NCBI RefSeq assembly: GCF_036588685.1
Contig: NC_086386.1
Location: 57,846,001-57,910,000, forward strand
Source of the DNA: Mytilus trossulus
Taxonomy: Eukaryota
Direction: 5' to 3'
DNA length: 64,000 bases
Shown here: positions 25,475 through 36,862 of the stretch, in pieces
Layout: each line of letters begins with the position of its first letter
How positions within the stretch are numbered: position 1 is the stretch's first letter
Made by a program: the position numbers and the translations under genes
Notes under the pieces: model-generated
What the model saw: the letters and a program-made list of their open reading frames with translations, nothing else
What the model was told of the DNA's origin: nothing
Database searches by the model: none

Positions 25475-26527
25475 ATGAATGCAACCGTACAAAAGACGCA
25501 GATGACTCAGATGTCGAATACAACGGAGCAGACAGGATCCGGATATTATGTTATACCCAAAGACACCGTCCAGTTTATTAAGACATTAACATTTTGTGGG
25601 ATTATTCCCGTGTTAGTGCTCGTCGGACTGGTTCTAAATACTCTTTGTTGCATAATGTTTTACAAGCTTAAAACGATAACATCAACCGTTGTCTTGCTCT
25701 TCTCATTGGCTGTTACTGATAATATAATTTTACTTGTTGCTGCCATGAACTCACTTTCTACAGCGTCTTTGTACTATCAAGTCCCGTTTACTATTCAGCA
25801 GAGAATACAAATTATTCCTTACTTTGATACGTACTTCAACGCTATTCCTGCACGCATTGGTAATACAATCACACTTTTGATTTCCTTGGAGCGGCTCTTT
25901 TGTGTGCTTCAACCAATGAAAATTAAGCAATACTCTTCCAAGAAATATGGAATAATTGCTGTTGCATTTGTCTATATTTTTACGTTTATAATGTGTCTGC
26001 CATTACTCTTTATTTATCGAACAAAAGAAATTTACTCTAATAAAACAGAAAGTTTTGTTTCTATAATTCAACCAACGGAACTTGGAAGGAATGAACCGTT
26101 TTCTGACTCTTTCTACGTAACCATGGCTACATTGTTCAAGTTAGTTCCGGTTTTTGGAGTTATGCTATCCAGTACAATAACCGGAGGTGTTGTTTTGACA
26201 TCCGCTAGGCGTCGCGTCAAAATGACAACCAGTTCGCAGGTATCATCCAATCAGAAAGAGATGCAGGTCACGAGAACGCTCTTGTTTCTAACGTTTTCAT
26301 TTTTCGTCTGTCAGCTGCCTACTGGAATATTAATGATCATCATTTTTATAGGAATGACGCCTTATAAATACACAAGTAATATTTTTGAAGTTGCAATGTC
26401 TGTAGGTTACATTCCGCAAGTGTTAAATTCTTGCATCAATTTTATCATATATTACATGACAGGCGAAATCTACAGAAATGAAATCAAGTCGCTTTTTTGT
26501 CGAAAAGACGAGCGTACAAAAAATTAA
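25475..26527 (+). CDS. rhodopsin-like (class A) 7TM GPCR, FMRFamide-receptor-like/Srw-like, single coding exon, 350 aa
   Basis: Seven hydrophobic segments with GLVLN (TM1), LAVTD (TM2), ISLERL (DRY-like), CQLP (TM6) and NSCINFIIY (TM7). N-terminal glycosylation sites NAT and NTT. First ATG is at 25475; the ORF track starts at a TTG. Confidence 0.92.
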   Translation: MNATVQKTQMTQMSNTTEQTGSGYYVIPKDTVQFIKTLTFCGIIPVLVLVGLVLNTLCCIMFYKLKTITSTVVLLFSLAVTDNIILLVAAMNSLSTASLYYQVPFTIQQRIQIIPYFDTYFNAIPARIGNTITLLISLERLFCVLQPMKIKQYSSKKYGIIAVAFVYIFTFIMCLPLLFIYRTKEIYSNKTESFVSIIQPTELGRNEPFSDSFYVTMATLFKLVPVFGVMLSSTITGGVVLTSARRRVKMTTSSQVSSNQKEMQVTRTLLFLTFSFFVCQLPTGILMIIIFIGMTPYKYTSNIFEVAMSVGYIPQVLNSCINFIIYYMTGEIYRNEIKSLFCRKDERTKN

Positions 26528-27993
26528 CGGGACTTGAATACATTTGCCTTTTTTCAAAGATGTAGTTTTGTTGAAAGTAATATTTGAGCTACAAGTACTT
26601 ATTTAATCCAGTGGTGTATTAAAGGGCGTTGTTCACTGTTTATAGCAGAAAATCGCCCAAAAAAGATTTTCGCCTTGTTCCATTTGGCAATTTTACATGC
26701 TCTTACTGTAATTAAGTGGTTGTTGTTTGCTTCTAAAGAGTGTACTCGTTGTCATTTCTTGTTTGTACATAAATCAGGTTGTTGCTTTTCTCGATTACTT
26801 ATTAACATTTTGTCATGAATTGCATTTAATAGCTTGCTACGTGTATGTGGTGTGAGGTTTTGCTCTTTATTGTAGAACACACGATTACTTAAACATGTAG
26901 TTGCTTAGAATTGTTATTTTTGTTAATCGAATGAAACAATTATGTTATTAATAAGATTTATGCTGTCTCTTCCTTTTAGAAACAGCAGTTCAAACATTAA
27001 AAACACCTGCTGACAAAATGTACGATATGGATTTTAGATTTTACTTATCAATTGTTTGAAAGATTTTATATACAAAAGAACACCATACTGAGCACTTTAG
27101 AAAAGCTCTTATACATGTACATGCTGATTTATTTGTTTGTATTATAGTAGCTGTTAAGCTGCCAGTTTCATTTGTGTGCCTGTGGGTTTATTTGTAATTT
27201 TATCATGTAATATGATCTGTTGTATTTCAATGTTAATAACCAATAAAAAAAAATAAAACTTGAATTTGACTTATACAGATATTATGCCTTCAAATTTTCG
27301 AGTTACGTATGTTTTTTTTTAAACTCTTATTTCTATACTGGAAATAAACTCATCATAGATACCAGGATTGAAATTTTATATTTGCGCCAGACGCGCGGTT
27401 CGTCTACAAAAGACTCAGCAGTGACGCTAGAATAAAAAATGTTAAAAAGGCCAAATGAAGTTCAAAATTGAAGGGCATTGAGGACCAAACATTCCTAAAA
27501 GTTTTTCCAAATAAGTAATTCAGGCGGGGAAATGCATTTTACAAATTGAGGACAAACGTGGTATCACCCAAGAATACAGTTTGTTGTTATAATGCACATG
27601 GGTAACAACAAAAAACTACACAAAATATAACACAAATCAATTAACTTATAATAGGTAATAAACCAATAACGTGTAAAATTCTTGAGTTTTTCATGTTCTT
27701 TTGGTCGTTTTTCTAGTTCGACTATTTTGATATATACAATCTATAATTTAATAAAGACTTATTTAACAAAAAATACCTGTCTAACAAAATAAAAGTAAAG
27801 AGGTGTGGTATTACTGTCAATGAGACAACTACCTACCAAAGTTCAAATAACATGGATGTAAGCAATATTAAGCAAATGTATACGGCCTTCAAATTTGATG
27901 GCAGCTCGCTTATCAATATTCCTACAATAACAAATCCCTTAAGAAAAGTTACAGATGTTTAATATTGTTATTAGAAGTACAGATGGTTAATAT

Positions 27994-28028
27994 TAAATAA
28001 AAGTACATGTATTTATATCTTATCAGTT
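27994..28028 (+). promoter_or_regulatory. candidate core promoter of FAS1 gene B (TATA-like plus Inr)
   Basis: TAAATAAA at 27994 lies about 31 nt before TCAGTT at 28023, which is about 70 nt before the ATG. Chance matches are common in AT-rich DNA. Confidence 0.35.
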
Positions 28029-28093
28029 TTATTTGGCGACCAGTGTGGTCAAGAGTTTACTAACGAACATTTATAATAATTCATTCTGTAAAA

Positions 28094-31000
28094 ATGGCTG
28101 CTAGCGGTCTGTTAATTTTTTTGGTAATTTTCAGTACTTTAGCTGCTGATGATACAATTCAAGATGGTGGAGGCTTTGTTTTCTCTAATTTAGTACAAGG
28201 ACTTAATGTTAGCCAATATACGGCAACTACTCTAGACGTCCTGAAGAATTCTGGAATTATTGAAATCCTTGAAGTCGGTGGTATGTTTCAGTACTAGTTA
28301 TGCTTGTCTATTTTTGTTACCATTATTTGCGATAAAGAATTCAAACCGTTTGTGGTACATTATCTAAACCTTCATGTAACTTTATATCTTTTGAAGGTTA
28401 CCGATATTTTTAAACGTTCCCTGTCATAGCATGTCTTAAAACGGAATTTTTTATTTTGAATTTAAATAAATTATGTCATAAATGTATGTAATGAAGTTAA
28501 CCACTATTATAGATTTTCAGACATGATTATTCCAAAAATTGCGAATTACATTTTATTACGTTGTTAGATAACAAAATCAAATTTTGCAATATCATGATGC
28601 CTTGTGACGTCAATAAACATAATATACAATAACTTATATCAATCACACTTATTTAACACTAAAATAAGGAGACGCGTCACACGCGTACTAAGTTTCGTGT
28701 TAAAGCCCGAAAAATCCCTGACGTAGCAAGATTGTATACTGAGTCGACAGCAAATAAAGAAATAAAGTTCACATAGTACTCAAAAGACAAAAACAACTCC
28801 ACGATCAAAAGAAAAAAATACCTCCATGACCAACAGAAAACAGATAACGTTAACAACGCCATGACAATGAAAAAACCAACAACAGATAAACATGATTCGT
28901 CTTGACAATTTTAATATAGCTGGGTTTTTTTTTGACAATATTAAATTTAAATGTGAGTTCTAGAAACAGTTTGCCGTTGCTATCATTTTAAATCAAATTA
29001 AAAATTAATTAAAAACTGAATGCGACTGTCCATGTTAATCTTTAATATTCTCCGGTGTATTTCCAGGTCCATTTACCTTCTTCAGTCCAGACCGATTAGC
29101 ATTTGAACGACTCGGTGATACATTCAACAAAAAATTTAGAAATGACACCAAGGCAATGGCAGATTTCATCAAATTCCACACCGTGCGTCACGTATACACG
29201 TTTGACGAACTTCATGTCAATGAAAAGACGTTATGGACGCTGCATCCACAACGAATCCGGTTAAACTACTACAGAAATGGAGATGTGAGTTTTTACGTTG
29301 TTTTATTGGTGCTTTGTATATATATGTAATGTTTTGAAAAATGTTTAGATATATAATGTGCACATGTTTCTGACTGGATGCATCTTAAAACACCAATTAG
29401 AAAATAGAGAATAATCCTTATTATTTTAGAACATACATGTTGTATTTGTATACTTAAGTGTCTTTCTCAGATAAATCCATGCAAAGTCATCCAGATTATT
29501 GGATTGACATGTAGGTTGCCGTTATTTGTCAAAACATTCAAAATGGATGACAGATACGTCCTTCTAAAGATTCAGGTCTCTTAAAGAAACACTGAAGATA
29601 CCGAAGGGACAACTAACAATGTCATGGTTAAAACGGAAAAGACATGCAAACAAACAACAGAACACAAAACACAATATAAAAACACCAAAAGACTGAGCAA
29701 CACGAACATCTATGCGCAAAACTGCACATTTTTTTAATGAAGTAATTGCATGATGTATGTTGCCAAAATTGTCAAGATTAAAGAGAAAAAAAAACAGATC
29801 AAAGGTAAATACTGCCAAATAAGCATGCCCATGGGATTTTGCAACCCTCCTTAGAGTGTACAAACAAATGGCAATTGATATTTCTGTTTCTTCTATTACA
29901 GACACTGCTTATACAGGGATCAAGAGTAATGGCTAAAAATATGCGAACAAAGAATGGCATTATTCATGTTGTTCATGATGCCTTTTTCCCGCCAATTGGA
30001 AACATTATGGACGTCCTATATAATGACCCAGACTATACTACATTTATTCATGCATTACAAATAACAGGCATGATAAAGAGCATGCAAGATGGTATGCAAT
30101 TATTAAAATTATTTTAATATATGGATCTCAAAATCATTACCAATGTTGATACAGACACATCAGAATGTATATGTATAAATATGGGCACAACTCACGAGGC
30201 TTGCACCTAGATTGAAGTTTACGTTTTTGAAGAAAAAAAATATTGCTGTTCTTGTATGGTTTGGAAAAAAAGTGGTAACTCATGATAGGCCAAAAACAAG
30301 TGTAAGAACATTGAAGAGGACCATCCATTATCAACAAATAATGAAAGTGACCAGTATGCTTTAACAAATAGACTATAACTTTATACCTAAGTATTTTTTA
30401 GGAAAAGGGGCGTGGGCAAGGATGTTATTAGAATAAAGGCAGGATAGGAGTTCTGAGTAAAAAAGGCAGGAATGGTAGCTCCCTAAAACAGAAATTTAAC
30501 AAAAACGTGTTATTCTAATACACCGAGATACCGGGGAGATTGTTAAATTTTAAAAGATAAAATTTAATATATCTGGAAACTATGGTTTTGATGTCAGTAT
30601 GAAATCAGGGCAAGTAAAAACAATCGATTCTTGTGAAATCTCCAGGGTCCGACTATTTAAACACGTACCTGACACAAGCCAGATTGACCACAAACTGTCA
30701 TGGGTCATCTTTGCATGTAAAACTCGCAACTTTTATAGCTTAATCTCGATTTCCGTGGCATCATAATAATTTATAATTGGAAAAATAAAATAAATGTATT
30801 CGAACATAATTTTCATAATGTTGGCTGTGTACTGTTCTGAACGAGTAATACATTTATCTTGATTAAAAAAAAAAATTTAGTTAATTAGAGGTATACACAG
30901 TGTAACTGATTACCAACATATAAACTTACAAGAATTGATGTTTCAGGGGGACCATTTACCGTATTTGCACCAGAAAATACAGCATTTGTTAGATTTGGAG

Positions 31001-33060
31001 TCGATGAATGGCAAAAACTTCAAACAAATGTGACAAATCTACGAAGTAAGTAACATAACTCTGAACGGCTTCAGCTTCGAAATTAGAATTTAAGAAATGT
31101 AATCTCTGGTCATATTCTTACATTTTTTTAATCATATAGTTACCAAGATATTAACAGGGAGACGGTTGTTTTAAACCGTTTTCTAGTACACAAAATAAGT
31201 GTGTTTTTTTAATATTCTTAAAATCAAAGGTCGTTAGTTTATCATTCCAACGAGTTCAATGTAAAGAAGTTCAATTGATTATACATTTATTTGTTCAAGC
31301 AAGCTGATCGAATAATCGGTCGCGTGTCTTTCTTATTTAGCGTACAGTTAAGATTTATTTCGCGAATTTAAGTAACGACAACAAGATCGTACATTTTTTT
31401 TAATTTATTATTTAATATTTAAACTGCTATTTTACAATGTATACTTACTTTAAAGTAGTTCTCCACTTTTACCCCTGGACGTAAAGAAACTATTACAAAA
31501 AGCAAGTACATTTTATACTGGTGTAGTTTAAATAATGTGTCGATAAAAGAGTTCTTTCAATTGCCTCTTTGTTTTTCAGAAGTGTTGGAGTATCACGTGA
31601 TACGTGGAACAATATACTCAGTAGGAGTACAAGATCAAAGTTATCCATCATTATATCGTCGTAGTCCTTTAAAGTTAACTTCAACTATCATGGGTAGGTA
31701 GTTAACTATAAGACACAAAATATTTTAAATACAAAATAAGACATTGTGGTATCATTCGTCACGACTCGGCCGATTCCGTACCTTCATTACGGAGAATAGC
31801 GAATTCACCCGAGGATTGCCGATTGTATGTGGTATGATTGCAAATGAGACGATGACGTACGTTCTGCAACAATAAGCAAAATGTATACCATATATGGTTG
31901 GCTATAAAATGCAAAATGTGAAGAAAAAAGTTACAAATAAGGATGCCCTCAACAAAAAAAGATTAATTTGAATTCGAAAGCTATATAATTATATATGCCT
32001 CTACTGCTCACAGTGTTTCGGTTTGATTTAGACCAAAGTTCTTCGGTATTAAATTTATTTTGATAAATACTATAGGAGGAGCGAAAGACACCAGAGTGAC
32101 ATTAAAAAATAACAATGCAGTTTTTAGCCATCCTTTTTTACATTTTATATTTTTTTTCAAAACTTTAAGTTTACTTTTGAAACTATCATGGTAAAACTGT
32201 GACAAATTACAATGTTTACATTGAAACATGTTTTACCCGCTATGACCTTGGTGTAAAATAAAAAATCGGGGAAAATTAACTTTTAAATGTTTATTTTTTG
32301 TATCTCATATCAATTATTTTAATGCCAACTTTTGTAAAGTAATCCCATATACAAGGACATACATATATATACATGTATATATGGTTGAACATCAATGTGT
32401 GCCAAGGCTAAGTACTAGATAAACTAGTTATGAAATCGCTTTCTCTTTCTATCAGTTTGAGATTGATTTTGGACTAGTTTTCAGAAACAGAAAGTACTCT
32501 TCAGTAAATACTTGCATATGTTTTTTTTTTATTGTTTACTCTTTTTATTATTATGTTTTTTTCAACGATTTTATTTACACATTGCCAGTTAATAGGGTTC
32601 AGTTTATTAGAATCCAAATCCTAATCATGAATAAATTTAGCTATCTCAGTTATAATATGCTTTTTTAGATTTAATCAAGTCTCAAGTATGTCACTTTATT
32701 TTGATTGTACTTCTATATTCATTAGATTGATGGACCCTACTATTCTCCATTTATTATATTTTTGCTAATTTCTATGTTGTTTTTTGTGCCCTTTTCTATA
32801 TTGTTTGCCCAATTTTCTCTTTTCTGTATTTCGCATGTAAACCCTATCTATATATTTTGAACTGTATATATTTTATTTTCTTAGGAGACAAGATTTATGC
32901 GAATGGAGCGGTTGTAAAAGAGAAGGACACACATGCAACGAATGGTGTTGTACATAAACTGACCAAATTGCTGACCCCTGCAGATTTGTTTGATGTTATA
33001 CATTTCAAAGAGCCATATGGATCAAACAAAAATACCAACTATTCACAGATAGTTGGTTAG
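28094..33060 (+). CDS. secreted two-FAS1 protein B, 327 aa
   Basis: Exons 28094-28280, 29067-29284, 29902-30091, 30947-31045, 31580-31693, 32885-33060, all GT-AG, total 984 nt, open. Signal peptide MAASGLLIFLVIFSTLAA. Motifs GPFTFFSP, KNGIIHVVHD, GPFTVFAPENTAF, LEYHVI, ATNGVVHKL. AATAAA at 33113. Confidence 0.9.
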
Positions 33061-34869
33061 ATCGTGGAGATGTTAATGATTGTAACTGTATTAACTATAT
33101 TGTGTAATTGTAAATAAAAGTAATTCTGGAACATGTTTATTTTCTTATTTTTTTCATTTGACGTACGAAACTTTTTGAGTTCTAAAGGTATATATATATA
33201 CAGGTATGGTGACATTTTGTATTAAACTTAATACTCTATTGCCATTCTATACTCTAAGAGGAAAATAGCAATTACAATAAAAAAAAGCAATTTTTGTGTT
33301 AATATAAAAGCTTATACAATTAGGAAAGAGAGATGAACGATATACATAAATGAGACAGCAAGCTCACAGTACAATACAAGCCATCTTTCTCAATGATGCA
33401 ACCTCGTCATTATCATACCTAAAGGTTTTATCCTTTACGAAGTTGGTGTTAATGGCAGATTTTTTAAATAAACCCCATGCTGAAGTCATTTTTTCCATTG
33501 GGTTAGAGCAACATGGTTTGGCCAATTGTATAGATCATTGACTACTGTTAAACCAACACATTAAAATTCACTAGAAGATGCCAACAAACTCCAAAACATA
33601 TAAATGAACTGATATTAAAAATATACAAGACTAACAATATTAATGGCCAGAGGCTCCTGACTTGGTACAAGCGCAATAATGCAGCGGTTTGAAATGTGTT
33701 TTGTGAGATTTCAACTCTCTTCTTTACCAAGTGCAAAAAGGTAATATTTACAGTTTTCGGAACATCTCTTGACTTGTCAATAGGGTTATGGATGTGTAAT
33801 GGCTAAATTTGTAAAAGTGATTGCTTCAATCTTTCTGAAATACGGATATATTATATTTGGACTAGGACAATACATTACACACACAAATTTTTTTACAAAA
33901 GAGCATGGTGCAATTTTTTAAATGATGCAAAAGGTTGTAAAGAACTGATAGAGGAATTAATTGTGGTCTGTGGCCAACTCAGTCTTTAGTTGAATATTCA
34001 TATATTGGTAAAATAACCTTTCACATACCATTATTGTTCAATAACTTCCCATAGTTTTGAAACAGTCAGTGGAAAGTATCGCAAACTTTTAAGAAAAGAG
34101 TAAAATGTCGCCTACTCGAAAAAAATTATCTTATAAAATTCTTTTTGTAACTATTTAAATTCTAGGCAGTACAGGAACACATAAAAAAAATCATACAAAA
34201 CGATACCACTGTGTTAGCTTTCACAGTGAAATTCTATTGTTCAATATCCGGTATTACCACAGGCCTTCACGAGGGTCTATATGGCGTTTACAGAATAGTG
34301 ATAGTAAAAAATGGGTCGAATCTACAGGCATATGCACCTATTCTACAGAAAAATGTATAGAAAATTAAAAAAATATTTTCAAATTCATTGTCAGAGTCTA
34401 TTGTGTGAGATTTACTGATCATGTAATTCTTTGACGGTGCTTAAAATTGATGCATGCATAGTAAGAAGTAAAACGATCGTTATGCCCTTCGCTTGTTCAT
34501 TTATAATTTGCTTCCGAACCACCTCTAAGATATCCCAGTAATGGGTTCCGTATTACATTGAAATTTTACAGCAAGATTTGGTGCCTACCACTATTCCACA
34601 ATTCCTCCAGTACATTTGATCTGTTGGTTTTTTTTTGTGTAGGTTTATTTGTTTTAAATATATAATTATGTTCATAAAAGAACAATAAAGGTCTTCGTAC
34701 GAACTTTAAGAATGAACAAAACGGATATCGTATGTTCAGCTTTTGAAAGACGCCAAAATGACACAATTTGAAACAAATAAAACGGAAAAAAACGAGGACC
34801 TAATTTGTGACAAAACAATAAAAAAAAAAACCCACAAAGGACACACACCGCAACCAACAGTTAGCAAAA

Positions 34870-35110
34870 GATAACCAGGAGGACAGTCAGACTCATAAAT
34901 CGAAAATAAACTGACAACGCCATGGCTAAAAATGAAAAAGACAAGCAGACACACAATAGTACACATGGCACAACAAAGAACACTAAAGAATAAGCAACAC
35001 GAACCCCATCAAAACTAGGAGTGATCTCGGGTGCTCCGGAAGGGTAAGCAGATCCTTCTCCACATGTAGCACCCGTCGTGTTGCTTATGTGATAACACAT
35101 CCGGTAAATG
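34870..35110. repeat. high-copy interspersed repeat copy
   Basis: actcataaatcgaaaataaactgacaacgccatggc...gaagggtaagcagatcc, shared with 7290-7570 and 39595-39790. Confidence 0.65.
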
Positions 35111-35803
35111 AGCTAATTAATGTCAAGCTCCTGGCATGACATATACATGTATAGAAATGAAGCAGTTCAAACATGTTTATGATCACTAACTTGAACAGTG
35201 GTGTCACTGAAAAGTATATGAAAGAAACTGTAAAAGCTAAATGGCTGACTCGTCAGATCGACAAAAAGGACAATAATGAATTGTGCGGTATGTGCTTTGC
35301 TCATTGTTGAAGGCCGTACAGTTGTTAATTTCTGTTTCATTTGGTCTCTTGTGGAGATTTGTCTCGTTCGAAATCATACCTCATCTTCTTGTTTATGCAT
35401 ATTTAATTATAAAGACAAAAGAAACAAAGTACCGATCTCAGTTATAGAAAACAAATTCAAGCCAATTACAACTAACAGATAGTTCTAATATAACGTCCTT
35501 ATTACACTTTGTAAACAAAGCCGTGTTCTAATGAGCACAAAATATGTTTGACACATGCGCACGAACTTACTGTTTATATTAACGTTATTTCCATCGTTAT
35601 CCTGTAAAATACATTAATTTAAGCAGCTAACATAAACTCTTATATTATATATTTTTTTTTATCAAACAACATATATATTTAACCTGCTCGTAGTTTAAGA
35701 ACGTATCAAATATAATATGTAATGTACAGACTTTCGGGGAGGAAACGGGAACAGCCAAATATTTTTACGGTATTTTCATACGCGTCGACTTATAAAAATA
35801 CTG

Positions 35804-36247
35804 TAGAATCATATTCAAAACAGTGTGGTCCTGGCCATTGATTAACGACCTAAATTATCCAATTGACTGGGACAGATTAGGTGAACGTTTGTCGGTAACA
35901 ATCACTGCTCACTATGTACTTGTTAAGGACACTGAATCTGTGGGGTCACCAAAGGTTCTCAACACCTAAATAAAGCAATTCGGAAAACGAATCCGGAATA
36001 ATACGATGTGTTGATTTATATCAATAACATAAATCAAAACATAAAGGTTATTCCTTTTAATTTTTCGAATTATTTTATTATTAAAGGCGTTAAGAACCTT
36101 TGGTGACCCTACAGTTTAAATTCTATAATAAGTAAGAAGTGAGCAATGGTCGTTACAGACAAACGTTCACCTAATCTATCCCAGTCAATGGAATAATTTA
36201 GGTCGTCAAGCAATGACCAGGACCACACTGTTTTGAATATGATTCTA
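35804..36247. mobile_element. foldback-type MITE with ~200-bp arms and TAG...CTA termini
   Basis: tagaatcatattcaaaacagtgtggtcctgg...attaggtgaacgtttgtc...gggtcaccaaaggttct is mirrored by its reverse complement ending at 36247. Confidence 0.8.
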
Positions 36248-36264
36248 TTTGTCCTATTAGAACC

Positions 36265-36426
36265 GAAATAATTCCTTCATGGCATGCCCTATGCTCGTTT
36301 TAACATGAGTATGCATTATATTAGACCACATTTTACACCTCGCTTAAGCTCAGGGTTAAATATCGACAAATATAATGCCTACCCATGTTAAAATGAGCAT
36401 AGAGCATGACATGAAGGAAATATTTC
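36265..36426. mobile_element. short palindromic MITE
   Basis: gaaataattccttcatg.catgc.ctatgctc.ttttaacatg / catgttaaaatgagcatagagcatgacatgaaggaaatatttc. Confidence 0.7.
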
Positions 36427-36862
36427 TAAAGATATATTTTCCCAGACTTACCTAAAACACTTTTTTTTATATTTATAGCGAACAGAATATCCTGCTTTGA
36501 AGATTCAAAAGAAGCAGTCCTTGATATTTTTTTATACTTTAATTTTAGTTAAATTATTAATAATTGACATGTGAAGGCATATAAGGCTATTCCTGATATT
36601 CAACAATAGAACAAACATTCGGAAATGTCTATGTAAGACCCGAAATGTGAATAAAAGTTTAAGAATTCATTCAAATTACATATGTAACGATAGTCCTTTA
36701 TCTTAAGGTTAACATTTGGCATTTGGCAAACAATGTAAGATAAAGGCATTCCAGCATATGGTTTTTCCCACACAAAGACACGAATCTAACGTAAGTACTT
36801 TATCACTAAAATCTACAAAATTGTGATAATTTTGGTTTTACTATCTTTACTGATCTTGAACC

